In this document: positions 37,612 through 47,024 of the stretch, piece after piece | Numbering within the stretch: position 1 is the first letter of the stretch | How the letters are laid out: the number at the start of each line of letters is the position of its first letter | DNA from: a virus | Lineage: Duplodnaviria; Caudoviricetes | Virus record (IMG/VR): IMGVR_UViG_3300028832_000136 | Span: 5,338 to 69,337 of that record | DNA: 64,000 nt | Strand: one strand, 5' to 3' | Notes under the pieces: model-generated | Told to the model about the DNA's origin: nothing | Seen by the model: only the letters and a program-made list of their open reading frames with translations | Database searches by the model: none | Made by a program: the position numbers and the translations under genes

Positions 37612-38286
37612 ATGGAGATCATACAGAAAACATCGCAGGTGAACACAACGGCTGCGAAGAATAGAAAGATAGAATACATTGTGATACATTACACCGCAGG
37701 ACTGAGCTCTGCGAACGGAAAGGCAGCTGCAACGGCTGCTTATTTTGCGAAGGACACTACGAAGGCATCTGCAGACTTCATTGTTGATGATAACAATGTT
37801 GTCCAGTTCAACCCCGACATCGCTAACAGATATACATGGCATTGTGGTGGTTCTAAGGTCGGTTCACGAGGTGGTCAGTATTACAATAGGTGCACAAACA
37901 AAAACTCTATTGGCATAGAAATATGCTCAAACAATGCACTCAATAAGGTGACTTCGCCAAATGACGAAAATTGGTTTTTTACTGACGATGCCGTATTATT
38001 GGCTACTGAACTTACTAAGAAGCTGATGGCAGAATATAACATTCCGGTCGAGAACGTTATTAGACATTATGACGTGACAGGCAAACTCTGTCCTGGCATT
38101 GTCGGCTGGAATCCTGAAACGGAAGACGAATCAGAATGGGAGAACTTTAAGAACGCTTTGCTTGAACACGAAGACGCTATTTCGTTGGATGAAGACATCA
38201 TCCCGAATGATTACGGCGAACTACTGAAAGCCTATAACGAATTGAAAGCTAAGTATGATGCGATAGTTCAAATCGTCAACAGTTAA
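37612..38286 (+). CDS. N-acetylmuramoyl-L-alanine amidase (Amidase_2), probable endolysin
   Basis: IVIHYTA, SADFIVD, TWHCG, NSIGIEIC, VIRHYDVTGKLCP. Confidence 0.92.
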   Translation: MEIIQKTSQVNTTAAKNRKIEYIVIHYTAGLSSANGKAAATAAYFAKDTTKASADFIVDDNNVVQFNPDIANRYTWHCGGSKVGSRGGQYYNRCTNKNSIGIEICSNNALNKVTSPNDENWFFTDDAVLLATELTKKLMAEYNIPVENVIRHYDVTGKLCPGIVGWNPETEDESEWENFKNALLEHEDAISLDEDIIPNDYGELLKAYNELKAKYDAIVQIVNS

Positions 38287-38378
38287 CAACCCATAAATAG
38301 AATACATAGATGAATGGACAATTTTTATGTCCATTTATTTTTGTCCAAAAATTTGTTAAATTTAATACAGAGGAAAAT

Positions 38379-38579
38379 ATGTCAGTAGAATTGAAAATCA
38401 AGAATAAGAGCAAGAAGGCAATACCTGAGGAATTGCTTGACGCAATTACTTTCAAGACACTCAACGAAGCTAATGACATCGCTGAGCAGTATAACTTGAA
38501 GATCATTGAAATGGACCGTGTGATTAAAGACGGCAAGATTGTTGAACAGATTTTGACTATTGGAGACATCAATGGATAA
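38379..38579 (+). CDS. Hypothetical protein
   Basis: GAGGA RBS. Confidence 0.6.
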   Translation: MSVELKIKNKSKKAIPEELLDAITFKTLNEANDIAEQYNLKIIEMDRVIKDGKIVEQILTIGDING

Positions 38580-39927
38580 TAAGTTAACTTGGGGGTTTAT
38601 CCAACCTTTGACCGGAGGATTTTATCTAGGCGCTGAAGCAGCTATTGGACACCCCGCAGAATGGATTCTTTCATTCCCTGGTTTGTGCAACCATGTGAAC
38701 AATGAAGACGGTTCCATTAAGAGTGCCGCAAACGAATATCATCTCTGCACTTATCTAAAGAAACACAACCGCCTTCCACCTTACTATGCGATAAACCGCG
38801 AAATGTTCGCTGAGTTCAAGGACGATCCGAATGCATTTAATCCTGAGTTCATTAAGACAGACTTTAGCCCTGCTGAAGAATCATTTAAGCCCTCGGCAGT
38901 TGACATCGTTTGTGCTCTGCCCGTATGTTCCGGGCTTTCAAATGCTACTACAACACCGAACGAAGAAACAAGAGACGCAAGAAACCAAAACATGCAGTGG
39001 ATAACTGAATATGTTTTGACCGTTATTGCTCCGAAGGCATACATCTTTGAAAATGCACCTGCTTTGTTTGCTGGCGCTAAGGGTAAGCCTATTCGTGAAT
39101 ACATCAATAAGGTTGCTGGAGAAAAGGGTTATTCAGTTTCTTACTTCAAGACTGACACGATGCTGCACCACAATGCACAGCGTCGTCCAAGAACATTCGT
39201 AATTTGCTGGAAGAAGACAAAGGATGGCGAACAGATGCCGCCTATCATCAATTTCGTTAAAGACGAAATCAGCGTTAAGAAGTTCTTTGAAGAAATGCCT
39301 AAGTATGACCAGACCGAACAGATCCCGTTGGGCTATTCAAACCAGGCAGCTCTTGACTATATGAAATCAGCTCACCCGAATGATTATCGTGAACTGATGA
39401 AGGAAAACACATCATACGCTCACATTGTTAAGAATGACGAAGTAGACGCATTCATCAAGTTCTGTGAGACATACAAGTTTGATGATGATCCTTCAGCCAA
39501 GCATCGTGAGTCAACCATTCGTCAGATTAAGCACGCTAAAGAAAAGTATGCATCTGGCTCGTGGATCTTTGATACCACTACTGCCGTAATTGACGATACC
39601 AAGAAGATCCCGTCAATTATGCATAAGGTCACACAGGCTAAGTTGCATCCATACGAAGACCGTCTTTTGAATGTCGGTGAAATTCTCTACTGTATGGGTA
39701 TGCCTACTGACTATCATATTTACGGACAAACATTTGAGAAGACACATCAAACGGGACAGAATGTGCCAGTGAAGACCGCTCAGTACATCGTGTCTGAAAT
39801 CGTAAGGGTACTTTCTGATTGGGACAACCTCCGTAATCAGACAAACGGTAACCCGTTCTTCGGCGACGATGACTCTGTGGAATATGTGGATAACACTAAG
39901 CAAACTTATTCAACCAAACCTGAATAG
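38572..39927 (+). CDS. Divergent DNA cytosine-C5 methyltransferase
   Basis: PVCSGLS, FENAP, QRRPRTF, HP.EDRLLNVGE, GQNVP. Confidence 0.8.
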   Translation: MDNKLTWGFIQPLTGGFYLGAEAAIGHPAEWILSFPGLCNHVNNEDGSIKSAANEYHLCTYLKKHNRLPPYYAINREMFAEFKDDPNAFNPEFIKTDFSPAEESFKPSAVDIVCALPVCSGLSNATTTPNEETRDARNQNMQWITEYVLTVIAPKAYIFENAPALFAGAKGKPIREYINKVAGEKGYSVSYFKTDTMLHHNAQRRPRTFVICWKKTKDGEQMPPIINFVKDEISVKKFFEEMPKYDQTEQIPLGYSNQAALDYMKSAHPNDYRELMKENTSYAHIVKNDEVDAFIKFCETYKFDDDPSAKHRESTIRQIKHAKEKYASGSWIFDTTTAVIDDTKKIPSIMHKVTQAKLHPYEDRLLNVGEILYCMGMPTDYHIYGQTFEKTHQTGQNVPVKTAQYIVSEIVRVLSDWDNLRNQTNGNPFFGDDDSVEYVDNTKQTYSTKPE

Positions 39928-39945
39928 GAAAAGTTTTGCCCACTT

Positions 39946-39974
39946 CTGACAGTGTGTAAAAACTTTTTTATATT
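39946..39974 (+). promoter_or_regulatory. sigma70-like promoter
   Basis: CTGACA-17-TATATT. Confidence 0.7.
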
Positions 39975-40008
39975 TGATTATACCAAAACAAAAACATTCA
40001 CAAGGAGA

Positions 40009-40380
40009 ATGATTATGAATAAACTATACAAGAACCGCTACGTTATGGACAAGAAAACAGGGCTTGTCTTCCGTTGCATCACCTCTAAGGCTTGCGAAGA
40101 TGGTCGCCGTTGGGTAGAATCTTCACGCATCAATGATATGTATGGCAATCTCATTGGCGGTAAGAAATACGCAAAGCGCTGCCAGATTAAGGAATCCCAG
40201 CTAATTCCTATCAACAAGACCGAAGGAATTATCGCATGGGAAGCTGAACGCATTATGCGCGGCAAGAGCTGCCGTGATGCAGTTGACCAGACCATTCTGG
40301 CTTTGCATAAGATCATGCTTGAATCTCGCGGATTCTCTCGCGGCAAGGTTGAAGCAATTTTCGCAGGAGCATCTCACTAA
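40009..40380 (+). CDS. Hypothetical protein
   Basis: AAGGAG RBS. Confidence 0.7.
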   Translation: MIMNKLYKNRYVMDKKTGLVFRCITSKACEDGRRWVESSRINDMYGNLIGGKKYAKRCQIKESQLIPINKTEGIIAWEAERIMRGKSCRDAVDQTILALHKIMLESRGFSRGKVEAIFAGASH

Positions 40381-40559
40381 TGTGGAAGATCACAAAGTAT
40401 CACTGTGATGAAAACGGCAAGCCTTATGGCGACCCGTTCACCACAGATTGTTATACCCAGGACCTAATGGAATCTTACAAGAACCCGAAGTTCGTTGAAA
40501 AGATTGAAGCCGTAGAAGGCGCAACTCTTAAGACTGTTTGGGTTGCTCGCAAGAAGTAA
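40380..40559 (+). CDS. Small hypothetical protein (59 aa; not in track)
   Basis: TAATG coupling. Confidence 0.55.
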   Translation: MWKITKYHCDENGKPYGDPFTTDCYTQDLMESYKNPKFVEKIEAVEGATLKTVWVARKK

Positions 40560-40562
40560 ATA

Positions 40563-41420
40563 ATGGATTGCTATTTCGTCTCAGACTTGCACATTGACTC
40601 TTGGCTTCCGGACTTAACACCCGGCTCCAAGAGGAGTGCATCTTATCATAAGTGGATGGATAGCAACTTATTACCAGCCGACATACTTTGCATCGCGGGC
40701 GATGTTGCCGACAACAGCAGGGTGTTTAGTGATTTTATGATTGCCTGCCGCAACCGATACAAGTATGTCGTTTACGTTTACGGGAACCACGATGTAGGCG
40801 TGTTTGACAACGAATACGAAAGCTCTTCACTTAAGTTAGAAGCAATGAACACTTGGGTGGAGAATTTCGGTCAGCTATGTACATCAGCTCACAAGATTAA
40901 AACCAAATTCTTTCGCTTAGATGGAAATCAACCAGTTGATGTTGGAGGATGTTCGTTCGCAGGGGCAATGGGCGCACCAGATTGGTCGTATGCAAAAACC
41001 GTCCTAGGTTCTACAGACAAAGCATTCAAAAAGCTTTGGAAAGTGGGACTAGAAAAATCTGGATGGATAAACTGGTGGTCAAACGACCTCTTTGAAATAG
41101 CAGCAGATGAAAAAGCAAGACTGAAGAGGGCAGTCGAGCTAGAGGTGCCTAATGTCGTGGTCTCCCACTATGTTCCTCTCGGTATGCCAGCGCCGAAACA
41201 ATATGCTAGAAAAAAGTTGACTGGCCTCTTTTATTGGGATGTCAATGACATAATAAATATGTTGCCATCTGGAACGATATGGCACTATGGGCATACCCAT
41301 GTAGCTAATAAAATGGAAAGGAATGGCGTCTTGTATCTTAGTAACCCAATCGGACTACCGGGTCAAAACGTTAATCTTTTGGGCGACTTTAAGAAAGAAG
41401 ATTTTTTGATAACCTTATAG
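40563..41420 (+). CDS. Calcineurin-like metallophosphoesterase (paralog of 19461)
   Basis: SDLHID, GDVAD, GNHD, SHYVP, GHTH, NPIG.PG. Confidence 0.88.
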   Translation: MDCYFVSDLHIDSWLPDLTPGSKRSASYHKWMDSNLLPADILCIAGDVADNSRVFSDFMIACRNRYKYVVYVYGNHDVGVFDNEYESSSLKLEAMNTWVENFGQLCTSAHKIKTKFFRLDGNQPVDVGGCSFAGAMGAPDWSYAKTVLGSTDKAFKKLWKVGLEKSGWINWWSNDLFEIAADEKARLKRAVELEVPNVVVSHYVPLGMPAPKQYARKKLTGLFYWDVNDIINMLPSGTIWHYGHTHVANKMERNGVLYLSNPIGLPGQNVNLLGDFKKEDFLITL

Positions 41421-41428
41421 GAGAAAAC

Positions 41429-41728
41429 ATGAGACTTACAGGTGATAAAGTTCTACTAACTGGTAAGCAGGAACAGACAAAGACAGGTATCTACATGCCT
41501 GAAACGAAGTCTGGTAAGCGTTCATTTACAGTCGCAGCTGTGGGCCCGGGACAATGGAATCCAATCCGTTGTGAACGCAAGCCAATGACTGTGAAGGTCG
41601 GTGACCGCGTAGTTGCTGATGTAGAAATCGCCCCAGAAATTGAAATCACAAAGGGCGGCGTCAAGACTAAGTACTACATTATTCCAGAATCAGACATTAA
41701 GTACATCCTTGAAGAAGGAGAAGAATAA
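41429..41728 (+). CDS. groES: GroES-like co-chaperonin 1
   Basis: DKVL, TKTGIYMP, VAAVGPG, VKVGDRV, ESDI..IL. Confidence 0.85.
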   Translation: MRLTGDKVLLTGKQEQTKTGIYMPETKSGKRSFTVAAVGPGQWNPIRCERKPMTVKVGDRVVADVEIAPEIEITKGGVKTKYYIIPESDIKYILEEGEE

Positions 41729-42045
41729 TGAAGTTGCTTGATGATAAAATCATTGTGCGTAATTTGACAAAGAAAACTGCCGGCGGTATCGTTATCCCTG
41801 GTATGTTGGTTGCATACACAATGTATGAAGTTGTGGCAGTAGGACCCGGCCATTATGACAAGCGTGGTTGCTCCATCACTCCTATGGAAGTGAAGGTCGG
41901 TGACCGTGTTTTGATTAACTACGGATCATGCCAGAAAATTGAAGGCAAGACCATCAATGTCAATGGGACTGAAGAAGACCTGTTCTTGGTGGACACCGCT
42001 GAAGAATGTATTATGGTTCTAGACGATGATGAAACGATTGGCTAA
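41728..42045 (+). CDS. groES: GroES-like co-chaperonin 2
   Basis: KTAGGIVIP, VVAVGPG, EVKVGDRVL. Confidence 0.88.
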   Translation: MKLLDDKIIVRNLTKKTAGGIVIPGMLVAYTMYEVVAVGPGHYDKRGCSITPMEVKVGDRVLINYGSCQKIEGKTINVNGTEEDLFLVDTAEECIMVLDDDETIG

Positions 42046-42385
42046 GTCAATTAAAGAAAAGCGTGTAACCATAATTATTGCGGTTGCTGTTTCACTGCTT
42101 TACGCTTTGCTGCTCGGATGCTTAGGCGTATTCGGTGAAGCGGCTGCCGTTGCTTTGATTGCCGCTGTGCTTTTCGGCGGTAAGTGGTTGCTGATACTTG
42201 GTGGGTATGCTTTCGCCTTGTGGTTGCCGTTCCGTGTCTTGCAGGCTAAGAGATTAGATGCAGCACGAAAGGAGCATTATAAAGAGGTTGAAAAGACCAT
42301 CAAGCAAATGCAACAGAAAAGCGAACAACAGAAAATTGAAGAAGCAATACTTAAGGCCTATCAAAAGGCAGAGGATAACATCTAA
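42026..42385 (+). CDS. Membrane protein
   Basis: 2-3 TM helices and a charged tail. Confidence 0.7.
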   Translation: MMKRLAKSIKEKRVTIIIAVAVSLLYALLLGCLGVFGEAAAVALIAAVLFGGKWLLILGGYAFALWLPFRVLQAKRLDAARKEHYKEVEKTIKQMQQKSEQQKIEEAILKAYQKAEDNI

Positions 42386-42807
42386 TGGCACAAACACTTG
42401 AAGAAGAAGTGAATACACCAAAACACTACCGCACTCACGAAAGCGGCATTGAAGCTATCGAGATCACAAGGCATCTCCCCGGCGACCTTTCTAACGCTTG
42501 GAAGTATGGCATGCGATACGAAGACAAGGACACTCCTAAAAAGGACCTGCTCAAGTTGTGTTGGTATATGAATGACTATCACGAACATTTCATCGATGTC
42601 AATAATGAAGTGTCAGCACCGTTCAAGGTACCGACTGAAATTTTGATTAAGATGATGCATGTGATGGACACTGAACCAAACGAAACAATGCAGGAGTTGT
42701 TCAGGCTCATCATCTCGATTGTGGTTGAGCAGGGTATCATCAACCCATGCAAGTTCAAACAAGTTCTTGACAAAGTCACTGTGTTAGCAGAAAGTTTTTC
42801 AAAATAA
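42385..42807 (+). CDS. DUF3310-like protein
   Basis: VNTPKHY....GIEAIE......NAWKY.MR...K....DL.K..WY. Confidence 0.85.
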   Translation: MAQTLEEEVNTPKHYRTHESGIEAIEITRHLPGDLSNAWKYGMRYEDKDTPKKDLLKLCWYMNDYHEHFIDVNNEVSAPFKVPTEILIKMMHVMDTEPNETMQELFRLIISIVVEQGIINPCKFKQVLDKVTVLAESFSK

Positions 42808-42811
42808 ACCA

Positions 42812-42839
42812 TTGACGATTTCAAAAACTTTTTTATATT
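42812..42839 (+). promoter_or_regulatory. sigma70-like promoter
   Basis: TTGACG-16-TATATT. Confidence 0.65.
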
Positions 42840-42881
42840 TAATTGGTTAAAACAAGTTTAATTTCACAAAAGGAAAACATT

Positions 42882-43151
42882 ATGAATAATCTAACTATTA
42901 CATCTACTTCTATTCTCCCTATTGAAAACGGTATCGGAGGATGTGTCGCTATCGCTCAGCTAACATTGTGTGATGCAATTAAGTTGACAGGTATCAAGCT
43001 TATGGAACGCAACGGTAAGCGTTTTATCACTTACCCACGCAACATGAGCAATAAGCAGAAGAAGAGCTACTTCTATCCGCTTAACACTGAAGCTTCTGAC
43101 TTTATCGCAAACCGTCTCTGGGCTGATTTTGATAACGCTGCTAAGGCTTAA
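42882..43151 (+). CDS. spoVG: SpoVG-like nucleic-acid-binding protein
   Basis: IT...I...., AIAQLTL.D.IKL.GIKL....GK.FITYP, YFYPLN. Confidence 0.75.
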   Translation: MNNLTITSTSILPIENGIGGCVAIAQLTLCDAIKLTGIKLMERNGKRFITYPRNMSNKQKKSYFYPLNTEASDFIANRLWADFDNAAKA

Positions 43152-43156
43152 TCAGA

Positions 43157-43468
43157 ATGGCTAAGAAAAGGCCTACATACAACATTCCTCAACTCCTTCC
43201 TCGCAAGAAGAAGGAGATTTTGAAGATTGTTCAAAACCCTCAGGCAATGCAGCGCATTATCGCATTAAATAAAGCTGCATCTGAAGTGCTTGAGAAGAAA
43301 GAAAAGATCCGCGCTCTGACCGTAGATGAATGGTTGGAGCGGTCTTTTAGTATTCTGCCTGAGGAGTATGATAATGAAGAAACTAAAAACAAAATAAAAT
43401 CATGTTTTGAAAAAGAAGGTGTGGTGGATGACTCATGTGATGAACGGGAAAGAGGTGAGCACGAATGA
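43157..43468 (+). CDS. Hypothetical protein
   Basis: 103 aa. Confidence 0.65.
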   Translation: MAKKRPTYNIPQLLPRKKKEILKIVQNPQAMQRIIALNKAASEVLEKKEKIRALTVDEWLERSFSILPEEYDNEETKNKIKSCFEKEGVVDDSCDERERGEHE

Positions 43469-43667
43469 GCTTATTTGTTATGTGATTGCCTCAGTACTAG
43501 AAAATGTGCAGGAGAACTTTGATGAATATGCCAAGGTCTGTATTAAAGACTACAATGAACTAAATGAGGGTGACTTTGAAGCAATAGAGAAATGGAAAGC
43601 TCGAGTATTCTCAAAAGTAAACACAAGACTTGGCAAGAAAAACATGGCGGATAAATCTGATGGTTGA
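43428..43667 (+). CDS. Hypothetical protein (start uncertain)
   Basis: Array member. Confidence 0.5.
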   Translation: MTHVMNGKEVSTNELICYVIASVLENVQENFDEYAKVCIKDYNELNEGDFEAIEKWKARVFSKVNTRLGKKNMADKSDG

Positions 43668-43968
43668 TTTTGAAATTGGAAAAACTTATAAAGCAAAATC
43701 TGGAAATGAATTCACTGTTATAGATAATTGCGGAGAACTGATAACCATACAACATCTGAATTACAAAAGGAAGGCAAGAAAAATTCTTTACTGCGGAGTT
43801 CAGGCTGCCATCTTTGATTTCGGTAATGATATGATCCTAGCGGAAGAAATCAAACCGATAGAAGATGAGGAGATTGAATTTGGTTACGTAAAGCAATATA
43901 AAATTAACAGTGATGGAGAAACATATGTCAATTTGTTCAAAAGACTCAAAGAAAAAGAAGAAGCCTAA
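43660..43968 (+). CDS. Hypothetical protein
   Basis: FEIGKTY motif. Confidence 0.6.
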   Translation: MVDFEIGKTYKAKSGNEFTVIDNCGELITIQHLNYKRKARKILYCGVQAAIFDFGNDMILAEEIKPIEDEEIEFGYVKQYKINSDGETYVNLFKRLKEKEEA

Positions 43969-44647
43969 CGAAAAGCCTAAGAAGATTAAGCCTGATACAG
44001 ATACTGAAGTTTCCACTGATGTGGTTGAGGCAGTAACTGAGGGCGACACTGAAGCAGCTATTGCTGCAGGCGTCAACCCGATGGTTATCCCTGGGTTCTT
44101 CAATAACATTCGCGGCAACTATTATGATGGCAACCGTATCATTTGGTTGACACAAGATGTTGACTGGCCTATCATTACAGAAGTAATGCAAAAGTTGAAT
44201 TTTTACGATGACGGCTCTAAGGATCCTATCTACATTTATGTAGCATCTCCTGGTGGTCTCTGCGACGCAGGATGGGCTCTCATTGACATGATTGAAGCAA
44301 TTAAGAAGAAGGGCATTGAAGTAAACACAATCTGTGCTGGCTCTTGCTCATCTATGGCAGCAGTGATTTTGGCGTCTGGCACAAAGGGTCACCGCTATGC
44401 ATTCCCGTCTTCAAGAATTATGATCCATCAGGCAGGTATCACACTTTGTGGTGGTAAGCTTGACGAGATGGCAAATGAAGTAAAAGAACTTCAGTACTGG
44501 ACTGACTTGTGTGTTAAGCACTTCTCTAAGGTTTGTAATAAGCCTGAAAAGGAAGTGGAAAAGGCTATGGCCTATGACAACTACATGTCAGCGAAGGAAG
44601 CTCTGAAGTTCGGTATCATTGATAAGGTGAAGGTTGTCTTAGCATAA
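43925..44647 (+). CDS. clpP: ClpP-like protease subunit (start uncertain)
   Basis: IYIYVASPGG, CSSMAAVIL (Ser), RIMIHQ (His), DNYMSA (Asp). Confidence 0.9.
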   Translation: MSICSKDSKKKKKPNEKPKKIKPDTDTEVSTDVVEAVTEGDTEAAIAAGVNPMVIPGFFNNIRGNYYDGNRIIWLTQDVDWPIITEVMQKLNFYDDGSKDPIYIYVASPGGLCDAGWALIDMIEAIKKKGIEVNTICAGSCSSMAAVILASGTKGHRYAFPSSRIMIHQAGITLCGGKLDEMANEVKELQYWTDLCVKHFSKVCNKPEKEVEKAMAYDNYMSAKEALKFGIIDKVKVVLA

Positions 44648-45027
44648 TGAGACCAACGCTCTATCAGATGAAATGGCATCTAGCTGATGAAAACGGTTTG
44701 GAGTTACCTCCAAGCCGTTCTTCTGATGTTGACGAAAAGCCAACCAACTCTACGATGGACAAGGTGATGGCTTGGATAAGGAAAAATCCTGATGAAGTCA
44801 GTGACATCATTGAAGAAGTCATTGAGTCATCTGAATACAAAGAGCCATTTTACGAATACTTCAATGATGATGACAAGTTTGATGAACTTGTTGAAATGCA
44901 CAAGACTGACATTGACCGTTTTTACGATATTGTGAAAAGCTATGAAATGTTCTTGAATGTTTGTGCGAAATGTGCAGGTTTTCCAAAGCTCAATATCCGC
45001 TTACGCATATCGGATTTGCTAGACTAA
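44647..45027 (+). CDS. Hypothetical protein
   Basis: TAATG coupling. Confidence 0.7.
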   Translation: MRPTLYQMKWHLADENGLELPPSRSSDVDEKPTNSTMDKVMAWIRKNPDEVSDIIEEVIESSEYKEPFYEYFNDDDKFDELVEMHKTDIDRFYDIVKSYEMFLNVCAKCAGFPKLNIRLRISDLLD

Positions 45028-45047
45028 TAAATAATCCAGAGGATATC

Positions 45048-45743
45048 ATGAGTTTTCGCGATTTTATAAACAAAGATAGATTACCACCTGAACCACCTAA
45101 AAGGGAAGAACCTATTATGGAAAGAATACCACCAAGAAAGGTGACAAGACAGGTAACGCAAATGTCACCGCAACGCAGACGACAGGTTGAACTGCGTGAT
45201 GCACAGGCAGAATCAGAAGAATTGCTAGAAGCACTGAACGAAAAGCTCCGTGGTGTGCTTTATCGTTTCGGCATGGCAGGACTTGAAAAGATTGACCGTG
45301 CTATCGTTGAAACTTGTCGAGAAATGATTAACCCAGGCTATGAACCGCGCAGATCTAAGAAGCCGGTTGGCCTAACGGAATCCGTGATGCCGCAGCGTCA
45401 GCAACAGCAGCCTCGCCGTCAACCGTCATTTATTGACATCGCAGCAGCTGCCGTTAAGGACATGGGCCCAATGCAGGATATGAGCGACCACTTGCCACCG
45501 CAGGTTGATGATACACCTGTTGTGGACACTCCTCGTCAGGCAGCAGCTCCAACTGTCGCAGCACAAATTCCAGTTTCACAACCCGATGCTGGCGCTGATT
45601 ACTTTGACAATCTTGACGAAAGCTCGCTCGACCCTGATGCTTTGGAAGCAATGCTTAATAAGCAAAACGGTGGCGGCATGGACGCAGGAATTGCCATGGA
45701 TCCAAACATGCTAGCAGCACTAGGACAGGCACTGAAGAAATAA
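45048..45743 (+). CDS. Pro/Gln-rich late protein
   Basis: TAATAAATA at 45025; MSFRDFIN leader. Confidence 0.7.
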   Translation: MSFRDFINKDRLPPEPPKREEPIMERIPPRKVTRQVTQMSPQRRRQVELRDAQAESEELLEALNEKLRGVLYRFGMAGLEKIDRAIVETCREMINPGYEPRRSKKPVGLTESVMPQRQQQQPRRQPSFIDIAAAAVKDMGPMQDMSDHLPPQVDDTPVVDTPRQAAAPTVAAQIPVSQPDAGADYFDNLDESSLDPDALEAMLNKQNGGGMDAGIAMDPNMLAALGQALKK

Positions 45744-46003
45744 TGTCTAAGAAAACTAAATCAAAGAAAAACGAACTGGTAAAGAAAGAACCAAAAGGCG
45801 TAGTCGTTGAAGGCACTGTCGGAGACGCCTATGCCAATGCTCAATTTGACGTTACCCTAGACAACGGCGCAGTAGTTCGTTGCACCGTTGCGGGTAAACT
45901 TCGCCAGCACAAGATCTTCATTCAACCGTTAGATCGTGTGGAAGTTGAGCTTGACCCTTACACGCTGACAAAGGGTCGCATTACATGGAAGATTAGGAGG
46001 TAG
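45743..46003 (+). CDS. infA: Translation initiation factor IF-1
   Basis: VEGTV....NAQF.V.LDNG..V....AGKLR..KI.I...DRV.VEL.PY.LTKGRI. Confidence 0.92.
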   Translation: MSKKTKSKKNELVKKEPKGVVVEGTVGDAYANAQFDVTLDNGAVVRCTVAGKLRQHKIFIQPLDRVEVELDPYTLTKGRITWKIRR

Positions 46004-46006
46004 ACC

Positions 46007-46225
46007 ATGTACATCCCACCATATAAGCCAGATCACGAATTTTCATATTGGGAAGTTGTCAATAAGTTTCCCGAATATGCTGAAATGCTTCAGCAACAGA
46101 ACAATTGGGCTCAGTATGAACAGAAGCCTAATTTGGTGGGATTGCCTCCAGAAGTTGTCAAGATGATTCCGCAAGCCGTTCGTGACGGCAAGGAAGATGA
46201 ACGTATTGATGCGTGGATCCTGTAA
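46007..46225 (+). CDS. Hypothetical protein
   Basis: AGGAGG RBS. Confidence 0.65.
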   Translation: MYIPPYKPDHEFSYWEVVNKFPEYAEMLQQQNNWAQYEQKPNLVGLPPEVVKMIPQAVRDGKEDERIDAWIL

Positions 46226-46236
46226 ATAAATACAAT

Positions 46237-46791
46237 ATGGATGATATAGAAATTGCATTCACATTGTGGCGCAGATTAGAAGAAGCTCTGAAGGATGAGA
46301 ATAACCTCAGGGCTCTTAAGCGCATTGTGGTGAATGCTGAAATGTTGTCAGCGATGATGGAAGCAAACGGGATTTTGACCGAGGCTGAAAAATCGCTATA
46401 CACGCTGACTACCCTAAACAAGAAATTAGGAATGGGTACTCATAACCGCACTGTTGATAATGTGCTGGTTTTCATCTTCTTGAAGGGTCTGACAACAATA
46501 CCAACAAGAACAAAAGCTTACAAGCTAGGTTTGATTGACAAAGAAGGACGCTTAATCAGAAAGCCTAAAACGAAGGAAGAAGAAGATAGCATTTCCAATC
46601 TTGACCTGTTGATGTTTAAGCTACGCAAGTGGCTCCAAGCCAAAATTCAGTACTTGTCAACCATTTCATGGGTCAAGGGAACTGCTAACGACATTCGTAT
46701 TCAGAACTACTTCTCAAATACCGAGACACCTGCAAGACAGTATATGGTTAAGCGCATCAACGCTGATTTGGAAAGGTTGCTATCAAAATGA
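46237..46791 (+). CDS. Conserved T4-like late hypothetical protein
   Basis: F.FLK.L.T....AYKLGLIDKEG......T.EE....DLLMFKLRK; TAAATAAATA at 46223. Confidence 0.6.
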   Translation: MDDIEIAFTLWRRLEEALKDENNLRALKRIVVNAEMLSAMMEANGILTEAEKSLYTLTTLNKKLGMGTHNRTVDNVLVFIFLKGLTTIPTRTKAYKLGLIDKEGRLIRKPKTKEEEDSISNLDLLMFKLRKWLQAKIQYLSTISWVKGTANDIRIQNYFSNTETPARQYMVKRINADLERLLSK

Positions 46792-47015
46792 GTTGTCCAG
46801 AATGTGAAGCACAAAGAGCCGTTTACGGCTTTACCCTACAGAAGGGTGGTATCTACATGACTAAGGTACCCGAAATCAAAGCTTGCTGCGCCGTCAAGGT
46901 GCAAGTCACTGACTTTGACTCGCTAAAGGTTTATTTCACAAACAACGGTAAGGCATACGAAATGCCTAAGAAACAATTTATGAGCTCGTCTTGGCGAGTT
47001 TACGATTCTTACTAA
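46788..47015 (+). CDS. Small hypothetical protein
   Basis: CPEC N-terminus. Confidence 0.6.
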   Translation: MSCPECEAQRAVYGFTLQKGGIYMTKVPEIKACCAVKVQVTDFDSLKVYFTNNGKAYEMPKKQFMSSSWRVYDSY

Positions 47016-47024
47016 GGAGACATT

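Noticed and set aside
45743-46003. Stop-codon reassignment
   Set aside because: IF-1 ends at TAG at its expected C-terminus, other genes end at TGA, and conserved genes are uninterrupted
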